Positions 43,313-56,372 of a stretch of DNA of 64,000 nt are shown here, piece by piece. Under the pieces are notes generated by a model that was given only the letters and a program-made list of their open reading frames with translations, had not been told where the DNA came from and ran no database searches. Within the stretch, counting starts at the first letter, position 1. Each line of letters opens with the position of its first letter. The stretch is from Eledone cirrhosa (lineage: Eukaryota). The translations under genes and the position numbers were made by a program. Where the stretch lies: NCBI GenBank assembly GCA_964016885.1, contig OZ024740.1, positions 387,934,001 through 387,998,000 of the forward strand, given 5' to 3'.

Positions 43313-43944
43313 GGATGATGACGCTCATCACCAACTTCTGCTGCATGATTTAACGTTCGCTTTCCCTGCTAGCAAGCGTTGGAAGGGTTATCACAGATAT
43401 AAACGATACTATTGATCTCTCAGAAGGTCCAGGGTTCATGTGACCCTTAGATAGATTTCTACATTAACACCTAAAACACAAAATAAATAAATAAATAAAA
43501 TAAACAGGAACAAACAAATTAATAAGGAATGCTGTTAGAAATCATATTAAAGATTACGAGAATAGATAAAACGTTTATTTGATAATGTAAATGCGCATGA
43601 GTTACAGGCTAGTTGTTTTCAGCTCATGGTTGTACGATCGTGCTTTCAAATCCTCGTGGCAAATTGTCTTTCAGCATCCATTTTGCTTCATGTTACTTCA
43701 GTTCATACAGCAGGCAGAAATGATTTGTAGCTCTAATTAAAAAAAGCCACACATGTCAAATCTTGTGTGACGATGAACTTCACTGAGAATTACGTTAAAC
43801 GTACAAATGTCAGTAACATACTTTATACACTTGCGTGTTAATTTTATAAAACACGATGTCCTGCTGTTTGAAAAACTGGAATACTTGTCATCAAACCCGA
43901 AGGTCCAACATACATATATATTGAGTAACACTATTAATAGATTA

Positions 43945-44120
43945 TTATCATTACGGTGGAGGGTCGGACATGCTTTCCAGCATAGTTCCGTCCCTTTATG
44001 ATCTGAGTTCAAATCTCGCCGAGGTTAACTTTGCCTTTCATCCATACGGGGGTCGATAAAATAAAGTACCAGTAATGTACTGCGTCATTGCTGGCCTTGT
44101 GCCAAAAGTAGAAATAATTA
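43945..44120 (+). mobile_element. tRNA-derived SINE (same family as 30549-30735)
   Basis: TCTGAGTTCAAATCTCGCCGAGGTTAACTTTGCCTTTCATCC..GTCGATAAAATAAAGTACCAG. Confidence 0.85.
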
Positions 44121-44527
44121 TCCATTATAACCATAGTTAAGGCACGTGTATTAGGTTAATCAATGAATTATGTGTATTTATATTTTTCTCCTTCCAGCGT
44201 TAAGATTTTCATCTGTCAGCACCGTACTTTGTCTGGTTTTCAGTTTTAAGTATATTTCTTGATATCTGCAGTCCTTGTGGCAAGACACTTCTTCTCTGCT
44301 GTCTCTATGTTATTCTTTTGTCACATATGCATCTTTCCGGTGACTTCTTCAAGCCCACCATGCAACCTAGGCTCAATGTTAACTAATCCAGGGCCATGCA
44401 TGAAATTGCGTTCTTGAATGTGTGGCTGACAAGCAATATAGATGCTGTACATTCCTCCCATGTATTTCGCTATATTTTTTTGTGTGTTCAACATTGCCAC
44501 ACACACACACCCATACATAATACATAC

Positions 44528-44584
<57 letters not shown>

Positions 44585-44645
44585 AAAATTGAAGGGGAAC
44601 AAAACAGAGAGGCAGTACGAACAAAGGTTTATTAGTTTCACGCTC

Positions 44646-44735
<90 letters not shown>

Positions 44736-44815
44736 TATATGTATGTATATGTGTCTGTGGCATACCAATGTATAAACATTCATATATGTACATATATATA
44801 TATATACACACACAC

Positions 44816-44902
<87 letters not shown>

Positions 44903-45172
44903 CGTGCGCGTATATATATATATGTACATATATGAATTTTTATGCATTTTTATACACACACAATATACATATATATATATATACATATAATAGGATATGT
45001 GTTCCTTCACGCACAAGGCGCTAAGGGACGCATGTATTGTCCAACCATATGCCAATGTGGTTCAATGGCAGGTTAATAAATTAACGAGCCAGAACATATA
45101 TAAACAAGGTTTAGCAAATAATGAAAAAGTTTCAAAATAAATTTTAAAAAATTGACTTTACCTACTATAGTT

Positions 45173-45255
45173 ACCTTTACCGATCGGTTTCGAATCCCAA
45201 AAATAAACGGAGACCATACGGCCTTCGTTGCAAAGAGAGATTCTCGTCAGAAGGT
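45173..45255 (-). ncRNA. Type-I hammerhead ribozyme
   Basis: Reverse complement of 45796-45878. Confidence 0.88.
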
Positions 45256-45795
45256 TCTTTTCATTCGAAGAATATAAAATTCTTGAATTTAAATTACGAA
45301 CTAGCGCTATCCAAAACTGTTCCCGAGATGAGAGTGAATGAAGTGGAATCAATTTTTTCAAGGGCCGAAGTAAAGATAGAGGCAGAGGGAGGTAGGTCAA
45401 ACGGCCGCAACTATCACTAGCAGCAGTCAGAACGACCAAATTTTTTCTCAACATAGAGTAGATAGTAATAATAGGATATGTGTTCCTTCACGCACAAGGC
45501 GCTAAGGGACACATGTATTGTCCAACCAAATGCCAATGTGGTTCAATGGCAGGTTAATAAATTAACGAGCCAGAACATATATAAACAAGGTTTAGCAAAT
45601 AATGAAAAAGTTTCAAAATAAATTTTAAAAAATTGACTTTACCTACTATGGTTACCTTTACCGATCGGTTTCGAATCCCACTTCGGCCCTTGAAAAAATT
45701 GATTCCACTTCATTCACTCTCATCTCGGGAACAGTTTTGGATAGCGCTAGTTCGTAATTTAAATTCAAGAATTTTATATTCTTCGAATGAAAAGA

Positions 45796-45878
45796 ACCTT
45801 CTGACGAGAATCTCTCTTTGCAACGAAGGCCGTATGGTCTCCGTTTATTTTTGGGATTCGAAACCGATCGGTAAAGGT
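45796..45878 (+). ncRNA. Type-I hammerhead ribozyme with extended stem II
   Basis: ACCTT-CTGACGA-GAATCTC...GGGATTC-GAAA-CCGATCGG-TA-AAGGT; palindromic stem III ACCGATCGGT. Confidence 0.88.
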
Positions 45879-45948
45879 AACTATAGTAGGTAAAGTCAAT
45901 TTTTTAAAATTTATTTTGAAACTTTTTCATTATTTGCTAAACCTTGTT

Positions 45949-46088
<140 letters not shown>

Positions 46089-46159
46089 AAAACAAATAAC
46101 GAAACGAAATTAAACTTCGTTTCGTTTGTAACTCACTTTTGTATGACTGACGCTTAAAC

Positions 46160-46416
46160 AATTAAGTTAAAGATGTACATCCATATATGTATACTGAAAT
46201 ACTAGTATGTATATGAATACACACACGTATACATATGTAGATGTACCAAGTTTTTTCACTGGTCACTTTACTGTGAGTGGCCAGCTATTCTGTATGTAAA
46301 CACACAGACAAACCGGTTTTTAGTGAAAAAACTTGGTACATCTACATATGTATACGTGTGTGTATTCATATACATACTAGTATTTCAGTATACATATATG
46401 GATGTACATCTTTAAC

Positions 46417-46422
<6 letters not shown>
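46160..46422. repeat. Perfect 101-bp inverted repeat with 61-bp spacer
   Basis: 46160-46260 versus 46322-46422; lies between (TA)n tracts. Confidence 0.9.
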
Positions 46423-46505
<83 letters not shown>

Positions 46506-46507
46506 CA

Positions 46508-46632
<125 letters not shown>

Positions 46633-46645
46633 TATGTATATATTT

Positions 46646-46721
<76 letters not shown>

Positions 46722-46929
46722 ACATATCATCATGTTGACCATTCTTATTTATATTGTGACTCTATGTTGAAATCTACTTGTCCCCAGGGAATATGTTATA
46801 TCAATATTTTAGTAGCTAATTAATTTAATTTCGCTTAAAAACATCTGCCTGTTGCTATATTGTAAAATTGATTTCATACGACGAAATCCTAATAATGTAT
46901 TTTCATTTATGTGTATATACCTTTATATG

Positions 46930-47018
<89 letters not shown>

Positions 47019-47198
47019 TATGTATATATATATGTATATATACATATATATATATATTTATAAACGTTTGAATATGTATAATAAAGCCAAAACTATTATA
47101 CATATTCAAACGTTTATACCTCATCACACAATGCTTCAAGTGAACTATAACCTCCTCCTTATATATATTTATATATATATAAATATATATATATATAT

Positions 47199-47559
47199 TG
47201 TTATACTTTGGGAGGGTCATGTTGCCAATAAGAAACACACGCACCAGTTGCTTTCACTTCAATTTATTATATATTTATAAATTTATAAATTTACAAATTT
47301 ACAAACTGATAAATTTCTGGTTGGTTGGTTGGTTCCACAACCAGATAGTTGTTTATATATAGTCATAGTCCTTTCGTCACACACTCTGTGACCTCTTCAG
47401 TGACTGGGGATTCCTTTCTTCGTTTCTGTGCCTTTCCTTTCTTCTATCCTACGCCATTTTGTTTCTGTGTGTGTGTTGTGTGCTCAGTTTGCGCATGCGC
47501 CACATCCGGGTGTCTGTGTGGGTTTCTTATTGGCAACATGACCCTCCCAAAGTATAACA
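47199..47559. mobile_element. 361-bp MITE with TGT..ACA ends, 38-bp TIRs and ATAT flanks (Ginger-like)
   Basis: ATAT|TGTTATACTTTGGGAGGGTCATGTTGCCAATAAGAAAC ... GTTTCTTATTGGCAACATGACCCTCCCAAAGTATAACA|ATAT. Related solo ends at 24957-24980 and 41752-41775. Confidence 0.75.
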
Positions 47560-47648
47560 ATATCGGTTTCAACACACGATTTCAGATAAAGAATCTTGCT
47601 AAACAAATTCAGAAACGAAATATATATATATATATTTATATATATATA

Positions 47649-47771
<123 letters not shown>

Positions 47772-48212
47772 ATATATATATACATATATTAAAATATATA
47801 TTTAGGTATGACTTTATTTATTCTTTATATGAAATATTGATTGCATTTTCTTGTATCTCATGTCTGATATTTTTGCCTGAGAAAATACCTATATGTATGT
47901 ATAGATAGTACGTACATATATTTATTATTTTTTAATATCTCTATGTGTGTATAGATGGTACATACATATATTTATTTTTTTAATATCCAATTGAGTTCTT
48001 AAACACGTGGTTAAAATACGTAACAGGCTTCAATGACCAGCGTGCATATTATTTCATATTTTACGATAACCTACCCTTTCCCTTTTGGGGACAGTGTGAA
48101 TTTTCTTTTTGAAGGACTACTGGCTTTTCAAATTTAGCTGTCCTAGCACTGAGGGAGACCATCATCGATTATTAATATCGATGTAATTTTTTATATCGAT
48201 ATTGCATGGGCA

Positions 48213-48335
48213 TCCACTGATGAGTTATGAGGGTCTGCTTGTGTGTATATCTAAGGATTATATACAAGTTTCTACATAACTTGGACATTATTTATCCCAA
48301 CTTGTAGAAATCTTATAACGAAACGATCGTATGGA
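48213..48335 (+). ncRNA. Type-I hammerhead ribozyme with ~96-nt branched stem II
   Basis: TCCA-CTGATGA-GTTATGAG...CTTATAAC-GAAA-CGATCG-TA-TGGA; internal TTTCTACA/TGTAGAAA helix; palindromic ACGATCGT. Confidence 0.8.
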
Positions 48336-48399
48336 AAGAAAGAGAGATTTATTTAATTATGTCTCATATAAAATAATACAACCAATAATAATAAAAAGC

Positions 48400-49579
48400 T
48401 TCACACATTTTCCCGGGATCGAGTACCATGCGCCCGTCATGGTCCACCAAAGACCGGATCGTGGCTTTGTTGCCACGACGCGCCTCCGCCACTCGGGCCC
48501 ATTGGACGGCTTTCGTCCCTTCGTGTCTGAGAGAACGCACCCTAGCTCTGACAAAGCAGCCTTCGTGCTTTGCATTGAAGAATTGGTCAAGGGCCAATTT
48601 TGCCGCAAGTACGTCGGTCGCGATTCCTTTACTAAGCGCCTCGTCTAATTTTCTAACTAGTTCTCCCTCTGCTCTATTTTTCTCTATTGCTAAAGTCTTA
48701 CTAAACCTAATGGACTCTATTCTAATCGCACTTTACAGAGCAAAGCACCATTTGTTGTTGACGATGGCTCCCGCCAACGCCCGCTTAACTAGTCCACTAA
48801 TCCGGTCTCTGTAGGTGTTGCGCGCTGTTAATGACGCGTTTAGCTTCCAGTAGCCGGGTCCCTGTCTATGAAGCCTATCTAAGTCAACCTCACAGATCAC
48901 GAATTTGTGGTCCGTGTAGTCGACTATTTTGAAATGTGGACAGCCTATACTAGACCTATCTATTTCCCTACAAAATACCCTATCTAGACATGAAATGGAT
49001 GACCCGATGCGGTTTGTCCATGTCCACATTGGCACATGCGGGAAATCTAGACAGTACCTGTCAGACAGTTGAAACCGTCTGTGCAGGATTGCGAGGCTTT
49101 TACACCCTCCTCCCCCACCCGCTAAACCCACACAATCCCAGCGTGCATCTAAGATCCCGTCCAGTCGCCCACTAACACCAAAGAGCGAGATGTTCCAAGA
49201 AAGTCTCCAGACACCGGAAGAAATCAGGCCGCCCTGCTCCTGTCGGGGCATAGACGGCCACTAGCCTGAAAGCTTGCCCGTCTCCGCTGGTCACGTCCAG
49301 CACCACCAACTTTCCTTCTGGGTCCAGGAAGATGGCCCGTATGGCGAGATCCAAACCTCTCCGAAAAAGCACAGCAACTCCTTCCCCCGATCCAGGACGG
49401 CTGGGAGATGCGTACACATCGTAGCCACCGAAGATCGGTGCGAAGGCTTCGGAGATTCTGGTCTCGCTGATGGCAACCACATCTATGTTTAGTGACCTGA
49501 GGTCGTTGAGCAGGTGGCCCTGCTTCCATGATGACCCCAGGCCACGTGAATTTATGCTGCCTATTCTGAGTGAGGTCAT
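48400..49579 (-). pseudogene. LINE ORF2 apurinic-like endonuclease domain
   Basis: ORFs 49172-49579, 48733-49251 and 48364-48597 join across frameshifts. Confidence 0.88.
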
Positions 49580-50370
49580 GTTGAAAAGGAGTGGAAAAGG
49601 ATGGGAAAGACCACTTACCTCACTTCTCGTAGAGGAAGGATGGTTTTTCCATCCTTTTCACTGCTTGTGGTCTCCTACAGAAGGATGTCCTTATAAATCC
49701 CCCTGGAGAGTGTTTGTCGGAAGTCTCTGATGTCCTAGGGAACTTTTGTTTTAGTGTCGTGTACGTTTTCTGTGTGATGCGAGTGATTTGTATGTGTGGA
49801 GGTGGTGTGAACTTTTGGGGTGTTGTGTAGTCTTTTTCTGTGATGCTGATGTTGTGTTGGATATAGTGTAACAATTGGTTGTTGTTCAAATTTAATGCTG
49901 TGTAGTGTGTATCGTTTTGGTTGCTTTGTTTTGTTTGAGTTTGCTGTGGGTTTGTTTCGCTTTTTGGTGATTTTTGTGGTGTTGGTGATGGTGGTTGTGG
50001 GGTTAATGATGGTGATGATGTTGGTGTTTGTGGTGATGGGGCTGGTATGCTGGTGTGAGTGGTGGCATAGCTGACTTAACATTTTTGTTTGTTTGTTTAT
50101 TTGTTTCCCCCTGCATTTTGTTTTTGGAGGGCGAAGGAAGGGGATTTTTTCATTTTGGGTTTTTTTTTCTTTTTCTTTTTTCCTCATACCATTTTCCATT
50201 TCTCCTCATCGTCACAATCTGTCTCCAGTTGGGATAGGTGGGGGAGTGGAAAATCCTCCACGGGCGTGGTTTTGGTTGTGGCGTGGTGGATGGTGGAGGC
50301 GTTGGTGCTAATTCTGGCGCAGTGGGTGACGATGGTGTTGGTTTTGCTACTGTTGCTGGGTTTGTTGCTG

Positions 50371-51329
50371 CTACAGTTGCTTCTGTACAGTTGTTGCTGC
50401 CATTTCTGCTGCTGCTGGTTTTGATGGGTGAGTCACTGGGGTGGGTAGGAGAGGTGGCCTCAACTTTTTAGCCTGAGGGCAGAAAGCCATTAGGTGGGTT
50501 CCTTCGCCACAAACGACACACCAAGGCCTTCTACCCTCAACGATTACGGTCAGGTGGCTGTCGTCATTGAGGTCTATCACCTCTGGAATTTCCTCAATGT
50601 TTTTTTGGTCCGCTTGGATCAGGAGCTCCATCCCAGATCCGGACCAGTTCTCCTGCTTTTCTTTTGTTACCTCAATTATTTTCGTGTTGGCTTCGATGCC
50701 GGCGAGTACGGCAGCCATTAGCCAGGGAATTTCGATGGCCGGCGGAACGTGGGTCACCCTGATCTTCACGAGTCTCTAACCACAATAGCTTGAGACGAGT
50801 GTGAACTCGTCAATTCTTAATGGGGTCATGGAGTGCTCTCTGGCTTCCTGTTGGGGTTCCAAAGAACACGTCCCCGGTTCCATATTTCTGCCCACGTTGA
50901 TGTGGGTTTTTTTCACCCACACATGTCCCAAAGCTTTTTGTATCTGGGACGCGGATGCCCTTTCCACTCGGCGTGATTTTGTGTTTATCGTCCGATATGA
51001 CACGGTGCATAGGCGCCGATGCTCCATTTTATTAGATATGGGGGGGGGGGGGGGGAGGCTGGCCTGTACCCATCTTTTTATACCATTCTCTTGGCTTCAT
51101 TTAATTCATCCTGGCTTACCTCGATTGTTTCGCTCTTCTTGGCTGCTTTGGCAAACGACACACTTTGTTTTGCGCTGGTGTTGATATTGTTGTTGTTATT
51201 CTCATTGATGTTGTTGTTGCTGTTGTTGTTATTGTTAGTTTTGTTATTGTTATTTTTAGTTTCAGTTGTGGTGGTGGTGGTGGTGTCAGTGGTGTTCAGC
51301 GTAAAAGAGTCGATTCTGGGTGAATCCAT
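50371..51329 (-). pseudogene. LINE ORF1 (low-complexity N-terminus, CCHC knuckle)
   Basis: SFAKAAK, KIRVTHVPPAIEIPWL, VIVEGRRPWCVVCGEGTHLMAFCP. Confidence 0.75.
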
Positions 51330-51819
51330 TTCGATGTCACGAGATAAAATAATTTCTTTTTTGTTTCTGTTGTCGCTGTGGTGGTGGTGGGGGTGGTGGC
51401 TTTAACACCTGCAGTTATTGGTAATGGCGGGAAATGAATGTCTGCATGTGACAAATTTAAATTATTGCAACTGCTTATATCTTTAGTGTTGGCAAACGTA
51501 GTCTACAATGGTGCTGTTGGTGGTGGTGGGATGTGTTGGTTTGTTAGGAAGGCTGTTAGCTTTGTGTGGCTTAGTGCCGTCCATATTTTTTCAAAGAAAG
51601 TTTTTGTTTGATAATTATAAAAGTTTAAAATTTTGGGCTCAAGACCCCAATATTATTTACTGTCCTTTTCAGAAAGCAAACACTTAACAACAAAAACTTT
51701 CCATAACTGGCAATTTGAAACAACTGAAAACAACAAACCTTTGCGGAGCTCACGATAATACGATTTCCTACGTAGGTCGCCAATAATAATAATAATAATA
51801 ATGATAATAATAATAATAA

Positions 51820-52051
51820 TTGTTTCTACTTTTGGCACAAGGCCAGCAATTACCCAGTGTATTACTGGTACTTTATTTTATCGACCCCGTAAGGATGAAA
51901 GGCAAAGTTAACCTCGGCGTAATAATTAATAATAATAATAATAATAATTGTTTCTAAGTTAGGCACAAGGCCAGCAATTACCCAGTGTATTACTGGTACT
52001 TTATTTTATCGACCCCGTAAGGATGAAAGGCAAAGTTAACCTCGGCGGGAT
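51820..52051 (-). mobile_element. Two tandem 5'-truncated SINE copies separated by (TAA)n
   Basis: 51820-51919 and 51948-52051 match the 3' part of the 30549 SINE. Confidence 0.85.
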
Positions 52052-52063
52052 ATAATAATAATA

Positions 52064-52538
52064 AAGGATAAGGTGCTGTGGAATTTTAGGATACAGACGG
52101 ACAAGAAACTGGAACACAATAGACCTGACCTGGTGGTTTTGGACAAGGGAAAAAGATCGTGCCTGATTGTGGATGTAGCTTGCCCATTCGACACGAGAGT
52201 GCAAGAGAAGGAGAGGGAGAAAATTAACCGATACCAGGACTTAAAGTGGGAGTTAAAAAGGATTTGGAATTGTCATGAGGTCAAAGTGGTCTCGATTGTC
52301 ATAGGCGCACTAGGTACTATCTCAAAGAGTTTCCAAGGATGGTTAAAGAAAATTGGTCCCGCCCCGCTTTTTGGAACACTTCAAAAGGCATGCTCGCTGG
52401 GAACAGTAAGAACCATCCGATACGTCCTGAATATCTGAGGCTGCAGGTAGTGGCTTGATATTCATTTCAACAGTTTTCCAGTTAAATAACATCAATGACT
52501 GAGACTCAAAGAACAATAATAATAACAATAATAATAAC

Positions 52539-52569
<31 letters not shown>

Positions 52570-52570
52570 G
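52064..52570 (+). mobile_element. 3' end of an RLE-type LINE (R4/Dong-like) inserted in (TAA)n
   Basis: VLWNFRIQTD..EHNRPDLVV......IVDVACPFD......EKINRYQDL.........IVIGALG: PD-(D/E)xK restriction-like endonuclease. (TAA)n on both sides. Confidence 0.88.
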
Positions 52571-52740
52571 TTATACTTATACATATAATATATCTATAAT
52601 TATAAATATGATTGTGTATATGTGAAATATCAGATTGTGTATATGTAAAATATCAGATATAGTACAGAGCAGAAATACAATATAGATAATCAAATTTTTG
52701 TTTAATGCAATGCATTAAACAAAAGTTTGATTGCAATTTG

Positions 52741-52804
<64 letters not shown>

Positions 52805-52805
<1 letters not shown>

Positions 52806-53035
52806 GGCAAAGGCTCAGGACCCCGACGGCAGAGCTCAAGTCGTTTCGACGGCTATTTCTGGACTAAATTAGACTTTTGAAAAATCTAATTTAGTCAAGA
52901 AATACCCGTCGAAACGGCTTGAGCTCTGCCGTCGGGGTCCTGAACCTTTTTCTATTACCCACTCTACTACCCAAAATATCGAGTACTCTGGTGCGTTATG
53001 GTCCACCAGGTTCCTTACCACACTTCCTTCGTTAT
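52805..53035. mobile_element. Fold-back fragment of the 1636-2110 HHR tail family
   Basis: ~52814-52873 mirrors ~52885-52944; turn-around lies inside HHR stem II; TA flanks. Confidence 0.82.
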
Positions 53036-53112
53036 ACATATATATATATACATATATATATATACATATATATATATACATATATATATATATACATATA
53101 TATACACACACG

Positions 53113-53195
<83 letters not shown>

Positions 53196-53224
53196 ACGTG
53201 TGCATATTTACATTTATGTATCAG

Positions 53225-53560
53225 CTAGAGTGAAAAAATAGAAATCTAATTTTATTTTTAATATTCGGCAAGGTCAGCCGTAACTCGCCCGGTATGCAAA
53301 TGAGGTTACTCGGCCGATGTGTACTTAAGAAAATATTATATACTTTCAACCGTTCAACAGATTGGCAGAGGGATTCAGTCCTGATCAAGGGTGATGGCCC
53401 AGAAACACGTTGATTGTTCTTGAAAGCCAGTGTTGAACAAACAGGCGACGATCGGTCACCGGCACGGCACAGCTTCAAATCAGGCCGTTTGTTTAGAAAC
53501 GAATCGAACATTATTATTAATGTTCGATATAACCCATACGTTCATATGTATATGTATATA
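53225..53560 (+). mobile_element. Diverged homologue of the 18295-19265 unit with HHR at 53376-53416
   Basis: CAGTC-CTGATCA-aGGGT/gatg/GCCCa-GAAA-CACG-TT-GATTG; flanks align with 18923-19180. Confidence 0.75.
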
Positions 53561-53616
53561 TGTGTGTGTATGTATATATATATATGTATATGTGTGTGTG
53601 TGTGCATACTTACATG

Positions 53617-53688
<72 letters not shown>

Positions 53689-53694
53689 CACACA

Positions 53695-53970
53695 CTCCGA
53701 AATCCAGAGCATTCTCCTGTTGGATTAACCCCTCCATAGTTAACCTCCACCACTTCCTAAATCTGGCCATATTATGCCATATGGGGCCGAGGTATCATGT
53801 CAGATCATCGCGCTTTCTGACATTTTGCCTCCCTCTGCGTCTTCTCCACTGCATCGATATCCACTCTGTCCTTCAAATATTACACCAGTTGTGTCCGAAA
53901 CGAGTGAGACGTGGCCAGTCCATCTATATTTGCCCTTCTCGGTGGTCTCGATTAAGCCTTAAACTGCAAT
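53695..53970 (-). mobile_element. Decayed 3' end of an RTE-type LINE
   Basis: RRRRGRQ..R..DDL..YLGPIWHNMARFRKWWR...EGLIQQ. Confidence 0.6.
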
Positions 53971-55299
53971 CATTTTACCATGAGAGAGAAAAAAAACCAC
54001 GTTGAATATTTATTTCAAAATCCGTAAAAGAGATAGGATGCCCCGGCAAAAATCCTTTGATCTTTGTCTTTAAAGAACAACAACATCCTGCTGTTTTATC
54101 AATTTCCTTTCTGTTTAGATTATGCAGACAAAAATGATTAAAAAAAACCAACAGTATAATGTTAATTATTGTAATGTGAATGATAATTGAAGATGTAGAT
54201 ATTTTAAATGTCAATTATAATTATCACGAGATAACAGAATGTACGTTACTTACCCTGTTGTTTCAGGAGGAAGGGTAAACCCGAGCGGTTTTAAAGCATA
54301 GAATTTTAGTTTATTACAAACTTTATTTTAGTAATCCAAGTTTATGAAAGGGAACAACGGTTCTTACATTATCACCATTAATAATAGTGTTAATCGTTCA
54401 ATACTATGAATAATATACAATAGTTTTCCCATTTGACAACTCTGATTTGTATTTCAATAAATCAATATTTCTGTTCTTTTATGTTTCCCTATATGTAACG
54501 ATTGTGAATTTAAACTAAAATTGTTTTCATATGAATCATTGTACGAGAGCAATATCATTTTGAAAAGATAATTGTTGTAATATAATAACCTTCTGTTACA
54601 ATCTTCAGGAAATATATGTAGTGTTTCATAATGTAGTAAAGGTAGAGTGTAACAAAGCATTTTAGCCTACTTATCAAAGTTGAATTTCATTGAATTGAAG
54701 TAGCAGAACTATAATCTTTATCTTTGGGAGGTCTATTAAATGAAAGACGTGTACAGGAAATATAAAAGGCTATCAGAACATTATATATATTTCTGAATTT
54801 GTAGATCTACTTAACTTAGGTAAACAATGAATATGAAAAGATAAACATGAATCTCTCAACGTATCTAAATCTAGTTCACTATGATATATTACAAAGGCCT
54901 CTTTAAAATCACTGTGCTGATAAGTGAAAAACGGTGTATGTATGTGAATCCATGTATATGCATATATATATGTGCATCTGTTTGTAATAATGATAAATAA
55001 ATCAACACTACCATCATTCATTACACCGTGTAACAAAAAATTTCTTTTTCTCTGTTCCTGGCTTGTAATCACTTTTTTGTGTTGCTTAGGTCCCAAATAA
55101 ATAAAAAAAAGTGCTATTAAACAGTTAAAAGTTTGGGTTTGTAAAAATTCTAAGCTATTCACTAGAATTATTTGTATGCTGGATTTTACGTTGTATGTAA
55201 TTTTAATTTGCTTATGTTAAATGACTTTTTTATATGTTTCAGGTTAAATTAAAATTATAAAATAAAGAGTAATACCTAAAGAAAATTATAAAAGTGCAA

Positions 55300-56372
55300 T
55301 AAAGTATAAAATTGTTAAAAAGTGGATTAAAGAGATTTATTGATATTGGGGTACCAGAAAAGTTCCTCACTTCCCAAACCAAAAAGAAGTCAATGACTTG
55401 ATCAGGGATATGGGTCTGACCAAGTCCAATGCAGAGGTATTCGTCTCCAGGATGAAGCCGTGGAACTTGGTCAAGGAGGAAGTGCAGGTGACAAGTCAAA
55501 GAAGTCGACACGAACCTTTCTCAGGCTTTTACACTCTTAAGGATGGCCTCTGCTTCTGCCATGATGTGCCTGGACTGTTTGACGTTATTGGGGTGCCGTT
55601 TGTGCCCAAGGAGTGGCGCCTATTTATAGACAGCTCCACCACAAGTTTGAAGGCTGTCCTCCTCCACAATGGAAACAAGTTCCCGACACTGCCCCTAGCT
55701 CATTCAGTCTGCCCGAAGGAAGATTACTACAGTGTGAAAGTCCTCTTGGAAGCTCTGCAATACAACCAGTACAATTGGGAAACCACTGGAGACTTCAAGA
55801 TGGTGGCTTTTCTGCTTGGACTCCAAGGAGGCTTTATCAAATTCCAATGCTTCCTCTGCCTTTGGGACAGCAGAGCCACCTCTGACCACTACAAAAGAAA
55901 GAACTGGGAGCAGCGAACAGAATTTGTAGTTGGGACCCGGAACGTCATGTGGGAGTCACTGGTTGATCCCAGGATTGTGCTCATGCCGCAACTGCACATT
56001 AAGTTGGGATTGATGAAGCAGTTTGTGAAGGCTCTCAACCATGAATCAGTCGCTTTTAAGTACCTTCTTGAGTTCTTCTCCAAGTTATCTGAGGCCAAAA
56101 TCAAAGGTGGAATTTTCGTTGGACCTCAGATAAAGAAGGTATTTGAGTCTACCGAGTTCTCCAATAAGCTCAATAGCATTGAGAGAACAGCATGGAACTG
56201 TTTCAAAGCAGTTGTTAAGGGCTTCCTAGGCAACTACAGAGCTGAAAACTACCAGCAACTGGTGCAGGATCTGATAAAGGCTTTTGGCGCCATGGGATGC
56301 AGGATGTCGCTTAAACTCCATATGCTGGACGCTCATCTGGAAAAATTCAAGGACAATATGGGCGCTTACTCA
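55300..56372 (+). pseudogene. Chapaev (CMC superfamily, Chapaev3-like) transposase catalytic region, 3'-interrupted
   Basis: WRLFIDSS..SLKAVLLHNGN..P.LPLAHS; GDFKMVAFLLGLQGG..K..CFLCLWDSRA; LHIKLGLMKQFVKAL; GIFVGPQI; KLHMLDAHL..F..NMGAYS. Breaks off just before the expected catalytic Glu motif. Family assignment is from memory of the motifs. Confidence 0.8.

Larger units (their letters stand above)
48400..51760 (-). mobile_element. 3'-truncated Tx1/L1-clade LINE (ORF1 + start of ORF2), frameshifted
   Basis: ORF1 pieces with CVVCGEGTHLMAFC zinc knuckle. ORF2 APE: MTSLRIGSINSRGL, VAISET, VAVYAP, WTWTN..SCLDRVF, TDHKFV, GPGYWKLNASL. Confidence 0.88.

Noticed and set aside
45158-45893. Duplicated 86-98-aa ORFs as a small protein gene
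   Set aside because: They arise from the inverted duplication and run through the hammerhead; no protein motif.
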